The notes below the pieces were generated by a model. That model did not search any database. It saw nothing but the letters and a program-made list of their open reading frames with translations, and was not told the DNA's origin. 64,000 nt of DNA. Source: Azolla caroliniana. Its lineage: Eukaryota; Plantae; Polypodiophyta. Numbering within the stretch: the stretch's first letter is position 1; every line of letters begins with the position of its first letter. This document shows, in pieces, positions 1 through 9,266 of this stretch. Made by a program: the position numbers and the translations under genes. The stretch is from positions 12,710,001 to 12,774,000 of the forward strand of contig JBHGNT010000022.1 of NCBI GenBank assembly GCA_043228905.1. The letters are read 5' to 3'.

Positions 1-569
1 CTCCGCCAAGACAATGAAAACATTGAATATATACATCATACATGGATATCCATGTAATTGCATACATACATACATATTTATGTGAGGATAAAAAATCAAC
101 AATCACATACATACATACATACAAATAATATGGATTTGTCTATCCATATAATATATGAATATATATAAGATGGAAAGTGGCTATATAATATCGTCTTGTC
201 ATCCTTGACAAATGGAGTTTTTTGTTTAGTTTCTTTAGGATTAACCGCTCTAAAATTGACACATGGCACCATGTATCAAGCAAAACAAAGGACGGCTATA
301 AAGCATCTTTTCCCTTTAGAGAGTCTGTGTGTTTTTGTGTGATGCTTTGTAGAAGCCTATTTAGCTCCCAACCTTTCTTTTTCTTTTGCTTCGTTGTTGT
401 TTCTCCTCATAATCTACCCTAATCTTCAAACTTGGATACCTTTCAAACATCAACCCTAATTTACCTCATTAAACTAAGCCCTAAGCCAACACAAACTAAA
501 CTAATCTACCCAAAAAGCTTATAGAGCTACACTTGAAATTCTACTCTTAAAATTCTACGAGAAACGAAA

Positions 570-926
570 ATGGTTGATCAAGCCATAAGAGGACCGGAGC
601 CCTATGTGCCACTAATGTTTCTCTTCTTAGTTGTTGGTCTTGGGTTGGGTGTCCCATTCTACTTGAACTACGAGCTAGCAATTGTTGAGGAAGTCCAACA
701 AAGCTTCAAACTTGGGGTGATGATCATGCCTCTTCTTCTCCTTCTTTTAGTCATGGCCTTATCAAATTCATCAAATTGGTCGACTAGTATCCTACCTCCG
801 ACCGACCCTTGCTCTATCCATAGAGTCGGGGGCTCCCCTTGGGGTCTTGCACTCTTCCTCCTCCTCATCCTTGTCATGATTTGGTATCAATGTAATATAT
901 TCGATTATTGGAACCCTCTCAATTAA
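570..926 (+). CDS. Small plant membrane protein (118 aa) of the uncharacterised family with C-terminal HRxGGSPWG..L.L.MxxYQ motif
   Basis: Intronless ORF, ATG in A-rich context (gaaaATGG). Several hydrophobic segments plus IHRVGGSPWGLALFLLLILVMIWYQ, recognised from an uncharacterised land-plant family (At5g19875/At2g31940-like, from memory). Confidence 0.8.
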   Translation: MVDQAIRGPEPYVPLMFLFLVVGLGLGVPFYLNYELAIVEEVQQSFKLGVMIMPLLLLLLVMALSNSSNWSTSILPPTDPCSIHRVGGSPWGLALFLLLILVMIWYQCNIFDYWNPLN

Positions 927-1025
927 CACCAGTAACCCCCCCCCCCCTCCCCCTTCCCCCAAACTTATCACTTAACACTACTATGTCCTAACTCAATGTT
1001 TAAATACCTCTTTTCTTTCACACCA

Positions 1026-1281
1026 AAGAGACTAGTAACAACAATTTGGTATTGCAAATTTGTCACTTATAGCCTCATGTTTGTATTATATCTCAAGTTT
1101 TTACCTTCTTAAGTCACTCAATTTTGCCTAAACTCATCATTGTGTTTGTATTAAGAGACTCGTAACAGCAATTTGGTCTTGCAATTTTGTCATGTATTGT
1201 CTTTGGTTTGTATTATATCTCAAGCTTATACCTTCTTAACTCACTCAATTTTGGCTAAATTCGTCATCGTGTTCGAATTAA
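1026..1281. repeat. Two-copy ~127-bp tandem duplication downstream of the small gene
   Basis: aagagactagtaacaacaatttggtattgc... at 1026 recurs as aagagactcgtaacagcaatttggtcttgc... at 1153 and stays colinear to ~1281. Confidence 0.85.
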
Positions 1282-1335
1282 ATTTTAATGGTATATTATC
1301 ATTAGGTTTGTAATGCAATTTATGTTTTATGTGTT

Positions 1336-1576
1336 TTTTTTTTCCAAAAAAATACTGCTTCGCATTAGTTAGCAAACAAAATTACATCATAGAACTCTCA
1401 AAATTCCTCTCAACAGCCCTCACTCTGGCCTTCCCACCAAAGCGGACATAGTCCCCACCTCATTTTCAACAAACGTAACCAAACAACTCCAATAACCTAG
1501 TTATTTGTACCATAACTATACAAATTTACAACACCTAGACGTTGTTGGAAACTATTGGGGGAAACAACCATCGGGG
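1336..1576 (-). mobile_element. Severely 5'-truncated L1-type LINE (ORF2 tail + 3'UTR + polyA) with 18-bp TSD
   Basis: Flanked by the perfect direct repeat atttatgttttatgtgtt (1318-1335 and 1577-1594), with poly-T at the left end. The minus strand reads PRWLFPPIVSNNV*, like the L1 ORF2 end PPRRLF near 17300. The end motif ccaaaaaaatactgcttcgcattagtt resembles the L1 ends at ~17066 and ~39313. Confidence 0.8.
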
Positions 1577-1738
1577 ATTTATGTTTTATGTGTTATGTTT
1601 ATATTGTAATATCTTTGTACACTCATTCACTTTGGCCTAGTACCATAATTAATCCATCACTCATGAATAGATTGGGTCAAAGCCACTATCTTAATTTTAT
1701 ACTATTCATTCATAATTAATCTAAGATCCAGTATCATC

Positions 1739-1861
1739 ATTTATATCTTAACTTTTTGCATTAACACAGTATTGTAAGCTCATCAAGTAAGGATGATACA
1801 CAAATCATAACACTTGATGAGTTTACAATACTACGTTAATGCACAAACTCAAGATATAAAT
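1739..1861. repeat. Foldback/inverted repeat (50-bp arms, 23-nt loop); MITE remnant or hairpin-RNA candidate
   Basis: 1739-1788 is the reverse complement of 1812-1861 with about 6 mismatches. Confidence 0.8.
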
Positions 1862-3318
1862 AGAACTTACTAAATTAATTTGTTCGGTCGATCCATACAA
1901 GGCAAGAATTCTATCAAGGCTACAAAATTACTAATTGAGCAATGAATTAACCTACATAATCAAAGGGATTAACCTTTTGCAAATGTGTCCAAGGGAGGGA
2001 GATAGAGAAGAATACATGGTTAACTCCCAACAAAAGGCTCCATGCCTAAAAGTTCATTGCAAGACAAGAGTAGAGAAACCCAGAAATACACATTACATGC
2101 AGGTTAATATGGTGACATGTAGAGTATCAAATGTATAAGCAATCAATCTCTATATTTGACTTGATTCACATACACTTTAAATGTTTTCTTAAATGAATGG
2201 CTTATGTCCAAGTTCTACTAAATCGTTGATGAATGACTCTTTTCCTTTTAACATTATAAGATATGAAGGTGTGTTTCTAACTTGAAGTGAGGTTTCATGC
2301 CACCTAAATTGTAAACTCCTCATCCCTTTGTGACCTTGCTTAGATTATGCCCTTTATTCAATAAACATCTAAATGTATAGGTAGTTTTGCCAAGAATTAA
2401 CATTTTCCATTTATGTGTCAAGGATTCTTGGATTTAACAACTCCAAGGCGGTTCTATTTTTGTGTGTATATTGAAAAACCACATCGTATATCTTAGACTT
2501 GAGCATGCTTTCATCTCCAACTGTAGGTAGCTTTGCGATCTACCTTTTCCCCTTTATATGCATCAAGGTTTTCTTAGATTTGAGGGCTCCATGGAGATTT
2601 CAATTTATATTTAATATCACATAACACGTCATTTACATTATTAGACAAGAAGAATATAAAAATTTATAACCTTCCAAGTGGAAGTAGGTTATTCATGAAA
2701 ATAGATTGTTCATAGATGTTTATTACCTTAACATTAGCTTTAATCATAATAAAGTGTATGGCCCCTTTGAGTCATATTCAAGCATCTATCGGTATGATAA
2801 AGTCCAAGTAATAATATAGAAGTACATCATCAAGACATTATATGTTATAGCATAATGTAAATGCATTCATTTGTATAAAATATACGAAAGCTTGGATGTC
2901 CACAAAAATGAGTGTGACGTACTCATGAAGTCACCTTATTGAATTCAGAAATTTAAAATATATAGACATAATGACAGGGCATTTAAGCTTGTGCTTTGCT
3001 ACACTAGCATCGTGGGTGGAAGTTTCCAGAAATAGGTTTGATGTTGCCTTCATTCATTATAAAAACTCTTCACAAGTTACAACTCTATTTGAGATCACGT
3101 GCACCAAATATTTGGTTTATGACATTGATATCAACATTTATTTCCACTATATGATCAAAAAGGATATTAGTGCCCTACAAAAAGTTATGCTAACGAATGA
3201 TAATTGTCGCCCTTTAAAATATAAACTTTTTTTTTTTCAAAAAAAAAATATAAACTTATTTTGTTCATATAGAAGAGAAATTGAAATCATTTTGCTGGTT
3301 AAAATGCCCCAACAACAA

Positions 3319-3457
3319 TTGCATGATGCTTTTAGTAAAAATGGAAGTGGATATAAGCTAGAAAATTTGCATGATGCCTTTACCAACCATGGAGATGGAT
3401 ATCAATTGGAAAATCTGTATGATGCCTTAAATATGCATGGAGATGAATATGAAAGTA
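3319..3457 (+). repeat. Three degenerate 48-bp tandem units
   Basis: ttgcatgatgc...gaaaat units at 3319, 3367 and 3415; translate LHDAFSKNGSGYKLEN / LHDAFTNHGDGYQLEN / LYDALNMHGDEYE. Confidence 0.7.
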
Positions 3458-4043
3458 CTTGGGGTTCATGCATACTTTTTTATAAGGTTGCTGCATGAAA
3501 ATTTGCATTACTCCATTTCATATTGTTCCATTACACTTGACAATGGTATAAAGTATCTCAGTGTGTAAGCCAGACATTAAGTTAGCAATCAGATGATATA
3601 CAAATTTACCAAAAACCCAAGAAAACTTTTTTGATACAATAAAAGCGAATATATAATGACACACTTCAAAAGAAATTTAATATAATTATATTTCATTTTG
3701 GAATCATGTCTTCAACCTGTCTACATGTTAGAAAACATTGAAGTAAAAAATATAAATTTGCTCCGAGAGATGGCTATGAGTTCTTAGCACATCAATTTGC
3801 TACATTGCTGGCACTATTCATGTGTACTGAGGGTTCAAATTCTTTTCCTTCGATATTTGATTGTTCTTATCAGCAGAGATTCAAGAAGACTGGATAGACA
3901 TTCAAGCTCTATGCTCCATGTCCAAACATAATGATGGAAACAAAAATGACTACTGTATAGACAAACAGCTTTTGGCTTGCATGATGCAATCTCCTGAGTT
4001 GCGTTTTAGGATGCAATCTATCTAGTTGTCCCGCATACTTCTA

Positions 4044-4230
4044 TGTATACACCATTTAAGAGCACATTATCTCTTATGGGTTAATGGAAAACCAACTTAT
4101 TTTGTTCCTCATACTATAGTAAACCTAGATTGGACTAACTCACTTAGATTGTATACACCATTTAAGAGCACATTATCTCTCATGGCAATATTGATATGCA
4201 ACTTGTTTGTTATACTTGTTTACACCAAAC
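4044..4230. repeat. ~106-bp tandem duplication with 31-bp identical core
   Basis: tgtatacaccatttaagagcacattatctct at 4044 and 4150. Confidence 0.75.
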
Positions 4231-5434
4231 CATTAACCTGTCAAGATATGTGAACTATTAAAAAGGATAACTTCATCTGGTCTCCTAGCCCAAATGCTCA
4301 GGCAAATCGATTGCTTTCCAACTTAGACGTGGAAAACCAAGAATGATTTCTAGATCTTCATCCTTATTCAGCTTATCCAAACTAGTAAGACACCAATATT
4401 TCTCTCAATAAACTAGATACATAAATGAATAAACCAATTCATATTCTTAGATGACAAGTACGATTGTTTGGCTGCTCAATCCCAAAAAACATCACAAATC
4501 ACTTCCCATGAAAGTTACCACAATTAGTGAATTCAGCAAAATGAACAAAACAAAATGTCAGAAAACAAATGATCCCATGTTAATCATCAATGACTTATTA
4601 GGGTCTTCCTTTATAAGTTTTTAAATTTATACTAAGGACTTACTTTCCATTATTAATTTTGGGGCATTATCTAAAAAAGTTAATATCGTATAAAATAAAT
4701 ATCTAGTGGCTACTTACCACATGATATATAGCATCATCATTTGATAGACAATAACAACTTTCACACTTTTGGATTTCTTCCAAAAATAGCATGTCTAGCT
4801 TTTTAAGAACAAAATATTCCACAACTATATAAGTGAAAGGAGTGAATGAGAGGAAAATAAAGAAAGAAAACAAAAGCCACCTAGACATAGAACTAAGTTG
4901 ATCAACTGAAAAAATACAAGAGGGAAAACATTTACTACTTTTTGTGATATCTACGTTCAAAAAACAAGAGGGAAACAAACTCTATGGGGTAAAAAGTATT
5001 GACACGAAGTAACACAAAAAAACTGAAGTGGATAAAAAATGTTGAAATTAGGCAAAACTAAAAAATATAAGAACCAAAAGAAAGCAACATTTTTTTACAA
5101 GAAAAAATGCAATAACTAATTGCATTATTAAAAAAGATTCTCAACTTTACACTACCTTCAGCATTCCCAACTGAACTTCTTTCAATTAACAAAACGTGCA
5201 GAGAAAGAAAAGAAGGAAAATAAAGAGGTCTTCTCAAGGAAACCACACATTCAAGTCCAATTTTCAGACAATGCTGATGAATGAGAAGTAACCCATTAAT
5301 TCATATCAGCAAACCAAAACACTACAAATGTTGGTCGTTTTTGTGTGCGCAAAGAAACCGATATTCCCTTGGAAATTGAGTCCTTGTGAAACTGTATGTG
5401 TTCATAGACATCACCATTTATTCATATTCAATCT

Positions 5435-7075
5435 TCACATTCTATAATGGAGGGCAGATGCTGGATCATATGACAAGCTATCACCATAACCCCTATAAGA
5501 AAGCTCCCTTTGATACACTATCTCTCTATAGAGATGGTCAGAGGGAAGCAAGGGGCGATTCCGCAGCATCAAAGCTTGTTGAGCTTGCTCGGCATAAGCA
5601 TTGTCTTCTACATATCGCCGCGCAGCAAAAGAAGCATCATATGCAATCGGATCCAAGCCATAGGAGGCCCTCCTCTCGAATGCATCTAATTGTGCCTCTT
5701 GTAATTGCCTACGAAGGATTCGTTCCTGGTATAAAGCTTCAGCTTCAGATAGAGGTGGTGGATATGCCGAGGGCATATGAACGACCTCCTCTCTTGCATA
5801 AGCAGAGCTACCGGCATATTCTCGGGGATACATTGTTATATAATTATCTCTTCTGTGAAGGGGAGCATCATCACCACGTGAAAAAGGTTTTAATGATCTA
5901 AGGTCTCGGGGAGAACCTCTGAATGCATTTGATTTGATAGAGGATTTTTTGTTCCTATCTTTTCCAGGCTTCGGCTTTGGAAAACCTCTCGAGTCCAAAG
6001 GCCTAAAAAGACGTAACAGTTTCCCAACCTGAAATAGAAATACATACAAAGCTTCTTAAGTCCTACCACACATACACACTCAATATAAACCCAGCCCCAT
6101 CACATGAACCTTCAGCTACCTGCTCGTCATTCAATTCACATCGGAACTTGCTTCCTCGGAAATAGTTCTCCCTTATTGCCCCTTTGAACACACTCTCTTC
6201 AAGCGGCATGCAGTCCTTGTGGATGCGGAATCTCACCTGTTGTATTTCCGAAAAATCAAAGCCTTCTTGAGCTTGGAATCGTTCTAAAAGCCATACAAAA
6301 GGAAAACATTTGGTGGGAATTATTGCACTATTTTGAAAGCATGTTTATAGACCTGAGCCGGAAACTTGCGATCGGCATCCTTGAAGGCCTCTTGGACCAA
6401 ATTCATACCTCCCTCAGAACTTGCATTGTAAACTCCATATAAGACTCTCTTATCAATGTCGAAGAGGAATAACTTAGTCCCCTTCTTCACCTGCTCCACT
6501 ATATCTTTCTTTGCCTCTGGGAGGCCAAAGACACGATACTTGAAACAATCTTTCTTGGTTTCTCCATTACACATGAAGATAAGCCCAGCAATATCCACCT
6601 TTTTCTTCGACATTGGATCCATAATTTTCTTCTCTTTTGTATCCATCCTTTCCTTCTCATCCTTGAAAGTATCTGATGCTTCAGTAGTGAGTTTCTGATT
6701 CTTCTTGAATCTATTCCTTTTTCGTTTTCCCTTACCAGGAGAGTTCTTAACCTCTGGCCCAGATGCATCTTGGGATTTCTCAGTCTTTCCAGCATTCTCT
6801 TTCAGAAGTTGTTGCTCTGCGTGTGAATGCTTGCTATCTCCGACCTCCAGAGATTCCTTGAGATGCCCAGACTTCAGAGATTCCTTGCCATGCCTTGGCA
6901 CAGGAGATTCCTGGTTATTTCTGGCCCCAATAGTTTCTTTGCTACTTCTGGCCACAATAATTTCCTTGCTATCATCCCCCATGACAGATTCCACTTTTGC
7001 CTTCCCTTCCAGCCTCGCGAATGCATCTCCTCTTCCTTTATCTCTTCCTTGCTTGAATTTCTTACTTCTAGTCAT
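5435..7075 (-). CDS. DCD (Development and Cell Death / B2-like) domain protein, ~477 aa, 3 coding exons
   Basis: Exons 7075-6353, 6236-6120, 6028-5435 (723+117+594 nt, GT-AG, phase 0). DCD motifs [63 protein letters not shown]. Lys-rich N-terminus and Tyr/Arg-rich C-terminus. Confidence 0.92.
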
Positions 7076-7091
7076 GGCTATTTTACGAGTG

Positions 7092-8005
7092 TCTAAACCC
7101 TAGAAAATGCTAAGGTATTTCAACTCAAATGATCTAAACCCTAAACGAGGCTTAGATATTTCAAACCAGCAAGATCAAAAACCCTAATCAAGGCTAAAAA
7201 TGTCAATCCAATAGGGTCTGACCCCAAACAAGAGATGACTATGTCAACTCAAGGATTCAAAACCTTAAACAAATTGTAGATGTGGCAAGAAAAAAGGATC
7301 TAAAACGCCAAACTAGACGTGGTACAGCAATCCAACAGGTCTTAGACCGTACAGAAGACTATGATATGTCCCCAAAATTTTGGGTTTTAAACTTTTGGAA
7401 ACGCTTAACATGTCAAACTGCAAGACTTAATCTCTAATCAACACTTACATATGTTGATCCAACATGTGTAACCCTATGCAAGACACAGATATGTAAAGTT
7501 TCAAACCTTAAACAAAAGCTAAATATATGAAGTTCTAAACATTTAACAAGACAACGAAGTCAAGCTCTAAACTCTAATCTAATCAAGATAAAAATGTCCA
7601 TCCAATAGGATTTAAAGCTTCAAAAGACTAGGTTATGTCCGCCAGAACAGGGTCTAAACAATAGGCCCGACTTAGATATGTCAAGTCAACAGGGTGCAAA
7701 ACCTAAATAAGACTTAGACAGGTGAACACAGAAGGGTCTAAAACCCTTAAAAAAAACTGAGATGTGACAAAAAAACATGGTTTAAAGTATAAACAAGACG
7801 TGGATATGCCCACAGGTTCTAGACAATACTGAGATACGTCAATCAAACGGGTTCCTAAACCCAACACAGAAGTCATATGTCAAGAAAATAGATTCAGAAC
7901 CCTAAACACGGTTTAAATATGTAAAGGCAAGATCTAAACAAGAGTTACATATGACAATCTCGACAGGGTCTGAACTCTAGACAAAGCTTACATTTCAAGC
8001 CAAGA
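7092..8005. repeat. Cryptic, highly degenerate ~41-42-bp tandem array (~23 units) with telobox-like core
   Basis: Consensus approx. TCTAAACCCTAAACAAGACTTAGATATGTCAANCCAANAGGG. Unit starts at 7092, 7133, 7175, 7217, 7257, 7299, 7340 ... 7653, 7695, 7737 ... 7968. Confidence 0.75.
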
Positions 8006-8269
8006 TAAGGAGCGACTCGATGCCCTGGCAGGAAAAGTTTTGCAAAGACTAATCCTGACCCTAATCCTAATACTAACTCGAAATCCTCTCACTTTGACCC
8101 TCGCCCTAAATTCTCAAACCCTGATCCTAACTCTTAAATCTTCAATCTCTAAACAGTCTAACCATAACCTCAATCTAACCCTAATCCATCCTAGACCTAA
8201 GCCTAAGTAACAACATAAAAATCCATAAGTTTTAGCGGAGAGGTTAAGTGAAGAGATGAGAAGACATAC
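7100..8269 (-). other. Probable 5'UTR (leader) intron of the DCD gene
   Basis: Minus-strand donor ccag|GTATGT near 8269 and acceptor ttttctAG|ggtttag at 7100. The upstream exon is pyrimidine/(CT)n-rich, as in plant 5'UTRs. Confidence 0.65.
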
Positions 8270-8401
8270 CTGGAACAGGAGGGATGGGGTTAGCTGCTCT
8301 GTGTGGTGATAGAAATTAGGGTTTGGTCCGTGGAGCGGGAGCTTGAAAGACGAAACTTGTAGACAGACAAAGACAGGAAGGAGAAGCAGAAGAAAATGAA
8401 T

Positions 8402-8404
<3 letters not shown>

Positions 8405-8439
<35 letters not shown>
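8405..8439. repeat. (GA)n microsatellite near the DCD transcription start (GAGA element)
   Basis: About 17 AG dinucleotides; reads (CT)n on the transcribed strand. Confidence 0.9.
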
Positions 8440-8443
<4 letters not shown>

Positions 8444-8676
8444 ATTATCTTGTCTTGGGAGGGCAAATATGAGGCCCAAAATAATAATAATAATAAGTGT
8501 TTTCCTAGGGAAACTTGTGAACCCGATTGATTTTTTTTTTTTTCACAGCGATAGAATCGCGGAAAAATTTCAGTCTGTCTCGGAAAGAAAGACGTTCGAG
8601 AAACTCCGCTCCGCTCTCATGAATTATTGTCGTGATCGGGTCCGACCCGCTCATTGTGTGTGTGTGTGTGCGCGCG

Positions 8677-8807
8677 CCCCTGAGATGATGAACCCAGGTG
8701 CGAGAACTGCGGTTTTTTTGGGCTGATTCAGATTGCGCACTGAAAGCATTTCCCAGATATCCACGAATCGGACGTAGAGCATCGTGCCAGAAGCGTGTGA
8801 TGGCTTA

Positions 8808-8838
<31 letters not shown>

Positions 8839-8885
8839 TGGGGACGAGGACTTTGTTCAGGGAAAATTGCACACAATCGAGTAGT
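8677..8885. repeat. Copy 1 of a ~190-bp direct repeat flanking the copia element (copy 2 at 16090-16265); contains a ~26-nt poly-C expansion
   Basis: gattcagattgcgcactgaaa...gatggcttagactccccc...ttgttcagggaaa(a)ttgcacacaatc is shared between 8725-8885 and 16130-16265. Confidence 0.85.
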
Positions 8886-8891
8886 CCCCAG

Positions 8892-9164
8892 TGTTGAGAA
8901 TCAAACTCAACTTCCCATAGGTTCACACTACCCCATGGACATACCAAGCTAGTTTTGTAAATAGTAGAAAGGGCATTTGCCCTAGTTTAGTTGCTATATA
9001 AACCGACTCATTGTAACTTAGTTGTTGTTGGAAGTCGTATGTAATATACAGTTTGATTATCTCTGTCTGTCTGTCTGTCTGTCTCTCTCTGTTGCTACAC
9101 GCACCCACACATAGTCTCTCATCTTCCGTTGTATTGCAATCACCACAGACTCCATTTCTTAACA
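8892..9164 (+). repeat. 5' LTR of copia element (273 bp)
   Basis: Starts TGTTGAGAATC, ends TTCTTAACA, TATATAAA near 8996, internal (GTCT)n/(CT)n; matches 13513-13690 plus 16013-16089. Confidence 0.95.
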
Positions 9165-9176
9165 TGGTATCAGAGC
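9165..9176 (+). other. Primer binding site complementary to initiator tRNA-Met 3' end
   Basis: TGGTATCAGAGC immediately after the LTR-terminal CA. Confidence 0.9.
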
Positions 9177-9266
9177 GTGTGGTTGTCTGATCACACCTAT
9201 TCGATTGTGTTGTGCTGCACGCCGACGATCATCAGAACCGGCTAATCAACAGAAGAAGAAATCACC

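Noticed and set aside
570-926. ARGOS/OSR family assignment
   Set aside because: Lacks the LPPLPPPP motif between TM helices; the GGSPWG..YQ motif points to a different family.
2971-3498. 175-aa ORF as a gene
   Set aside because: Runs through T10/A10 homopolymers with AT-rich noncoding composition; only the 48-bp repeat part is noted.
5386-5901. 171-aa plus-strand ORF (also 6456-7103 ORFs)
   Set aside because: Antisense shadows of DCD exons.
7092-8005. Repeat-spacer (CRISPR-like) reading of the 42-bp array
   Set aside because: Divergence is spread across each unit; there is no invariant repeat alternating with unrelated spacers.
8050-8210. Interstitial telomere
   Set aside because: Only degenerate CCTAA-type hexamers, with no run of perfect CCCTAAA; more like telobox-rich leader sequence.
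8683-8745. Box C/D snoRNA (ATGATGA...CTGA)
   Set aside because: The C box is not preserved in copy 2, there is no clear terminal stem, and I recognise no rRNA guide.
9165-9176. tRNA gene
   Set aside because: Only the 12-nt retroelement PBS; no cloverleaf.
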